The position numbers and the translations under genes are program-made. 64,000 nt of DNA, taken from positions 328,763-392,762 of the forward strand of contig JAAOMT010000057.1 in the NCBI GenBank assembly GCA_016748015.1. Reading direction: 5' to 3'. This DNA is from Geosiphon pyriformis uo1. Lineage: Eukaryota; Fungi; Glomeromycota. This document shows, in pieces, positions 61,335-64,000 of the stretch. The notes below the pieces were generated by a model. The model did no database searches. It worked only from the letters and a program-made list of their open reading frames with translations, and was not told the DNA's origin. The stretch's first letter is position 1. Each line of letters begins with the position of its first letter.

Positions 61335-64000
61335 TGTTATTCATAGAATATAAGAAGTATATTAGCATATAAATTAGCCAATCAGAGATAACCATAGTAA
61401 ATATGGAATTTCAGAATTTTTCTTAGAAAAATTGCAGGATTTTAGGAATTTCAAGATTCTTGTACAAGGAATTGCAGGATTCCAGAATTCCAGAATTCTT
61501 CTTAAAGGAATTGCAGGATTTCAGAAATTCCAGGATTCCTGGTGTAATGAATTAAGGAATCTCAATTATGTATATATAGTGATAGCATTAGAAGTAGAAA
61601 AGACAGACCTCTCAGTTTAGATTTGATCTAAGCAACCTTCCATTCACAAATATCAATAAATAATTATTCTTTATCTCCAATCTACTCTCTACTATCAACA
61701 TGAAGTGTTGATAATAATTAATACTTAACTACACTGAAATAATAGCTCTTGATTATGGCTATTAACAGAATACTAATCTGCAATTGCTTTTGATTATTTT
61801 TTTATTTTCTTTTATTTTCTTTTATTTCTTTTGTATTTCTTTTTTTTTGGTTGACTAATTAATTAAGGATTAAAGTGCTAAGTTACAAACGTCATAAAGA
61901 CTAGTAAAAAACCTGTAAAACAAGGGTAAAACACTCATAGATTTAAGGATAGCTTACCAGAAGGATTACTGGTCACCATATTGAGAAAAAAATTTGATGG
62001 AATTGCGATTCTGGAAGGCTACTGAAACAACTATTGAATCTTTGTCCATTATACAAAGAACTCCACAATCAAATCTTCAGATCAACAAAATCTTTGGATC
62101 CATAACACTTCTAACAACCGATATCAAGCAAGACATTGAGCACCAAGTTATGGGTTTGTTATTTGATTTGAGACCCCAAATAATTATCTGTAACATTTGG
62201 TGCTCTTTGTAAGATATAATCCTACAAAGAACTGGCACCAACAACAATTATCCAAAAGTGGCAGAATCAGAAATTATAAGAACAAACCATTTAGAATTTG
62301 CCAAATCCTTATTTCAACAGTACAGCCAACAATTGGGCTTAATCAACAACCATTATCCAACAGAATCAGCCTTCAACTTTTACATCAATGAAAGAATCAC
62401 GAATTTGCTAGGAAGACCAGTTGATATTGAATCAGTAAGAAAAAATTTTTATACAGAATTAATCCAACACACCAGCTTACCACAGAATTACAGTTTTGCA
62501 CCAATTATTAAAGAAATTAATCAAGAAATTGAAAGATATATGCAATAACAATTTCCCATTACCTACACAGATAAGAATAAAAAAAAATTACAAATACCAG
62601 CAGTAACACCAAGAGGAATAGAATTACTGATGTGAAAAAAACAAAGAATTGAATTCCCACTATATCTATTATACTATCACACATCCAGTAGTATTATCAA
62701 CATTACATCAACAGGCACATTTACATTAAATGCGACATCAACATTTAGATGACTCCTATTTCAAAGTAAACAAAAAAAAGTAGAATTATTAAAAACTTAT
62801 GGCAATTATTTTGAAAAATTTAAATCACAATCCCCAATACTATCAGAATTCCAATCACTACCACTTCAACCAGATTTTGGAAACACAAGTCCCTGAGAGA
62901 TAACAGCATCAAAAGAAAAAGAAAAAGAGAATCAAAAATTTAATTATCAAAATCTGATCACAGAAAATCCAGAAGTTGAAACTCCAAATATTCAAATCTA
63001 GCAAATTCCGAATAATCCAAACTCTGAGCTAATTAATCAAAAAAACTTATCTCCAGAAATTGTTATCAATCAGCAACCAATTGATCTGATTGCTGAACAA
63101 TCTCAACAGCCATCAATATTACCTCAACCACTATTTTTTCAACCACCACAACAACCAAACATAGATCCAATGGCCTATGCCTCAATAGCAAAACTTGAAA
63201 AATTCACAGATGAAGAAGATGACACACAAGTGTGGCTGAATAATGTGAAAAAAGCTATCACAGCCAATGGATGGAATGATGCCAGAGTACTTTAAGCCAT
63301 CCTCTATTTCTTACAAGATACTGCCAACTCGTGGTATCAAAGTTTAGTCACTAAATCTTAAACATTCTAGGAATTTAAAGTTGCATTCTTGGGATATTTC
63401 AGTAATAATAACAGTATTAATTGTCTAGCCAACATCTTCACCATCATCAAACAAGGAGAAACTGAAGCAGTTACTATTTACTTGGGATGTTTTTACAGAA
63501 ACTTGTGCCAAATTCAAGCAATCCAAGCTGACTATTTTATGGCACCACAGATTCTAAACCAGTTCATTCATAGACTGCACAGTAGCATCCTTCAATGCAT
63601 ATGTCCAATGTACCCACAAACACTCCAAGATGCAGTTATCAATACATGAGATTTTGAAACTGCCAAACTCAAAGCTAACCACATTCAAGCTGTTAACTTA
63701 GTGATGAATGAATCATCTGAATTAAATTTTAAGTTAAAACAATTCAGTGATTTCATTAATCAAAAATTAGAGAGATACTTAGTTAACAATCAAGTCATCT
63801 ATCAACCTTCACAATGACACAATAATCAAAGAAACTCAAATTGGTTCCAAAATTAATCACATTTCTTATCATTAACCAATCAACTATGACAGCCAAAAAC
63901 ACATACCTGCCATAATTGTAGTAAACAAAATCACATAGGAATTAACTGCTATTATAATAGTAACTTATGATCAGAAAATCAATATTGAAATCCTGATTAC
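61335..64000 (+). mobile_element. Nested Gypsy-family element: 5' LTR 61335-62195, PBS, degenerate gag from 62258; continues off the right edge
   Basis: TGTTATTC..TGTAACA; PBS at 62198; AKLEKFTDEEDDTQVWL..ANGWND..YFLQDTANSWY; knuckle CHNCSKQNHIGINC at ~63908. Confidence 0.93.

Overview
Eukaryotic, AT-rich, intron-dense fungal DNA. The gene style and TE content suggest an early-diverging fungus (Mucoromycota/Glomeromycotina, Geosiphon-like); this assignment is inference. A ~10-kb host island (21.7-31.9 kb) carries a 9-exon Rab5/Vps21 gene (+) convergent with a multi-exon ISWI remodeller (-). Upstream of Rab5 is a structured region with two convincing box C/D RNAs whose guides match spliceosomal snRNA methylation sites (U2-G19, U5-U41, possibly U6-A70). 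The rest is retrotransposon. There are four full-length RNase-H-bearing LINEs (APE-RT-RNH-CCHC; three with TSDs) and three LINE fragments. There is a complete 9.6-kb Ty3/Gypsy element with a dUTPase, an apparently stand-alone integrase ORF and an env-position ORF. There is also a non-autonomous LTR element and a nested LTR stack at the right end. Two LTR elements landed about 36 bp apart in the RNase H motif of related LINEs, both with a GCAT TSD. Repeats show pervasive C:G>T:A transitions grading into near GC-free tracts. All coordinates were read by eye; no searches were run.
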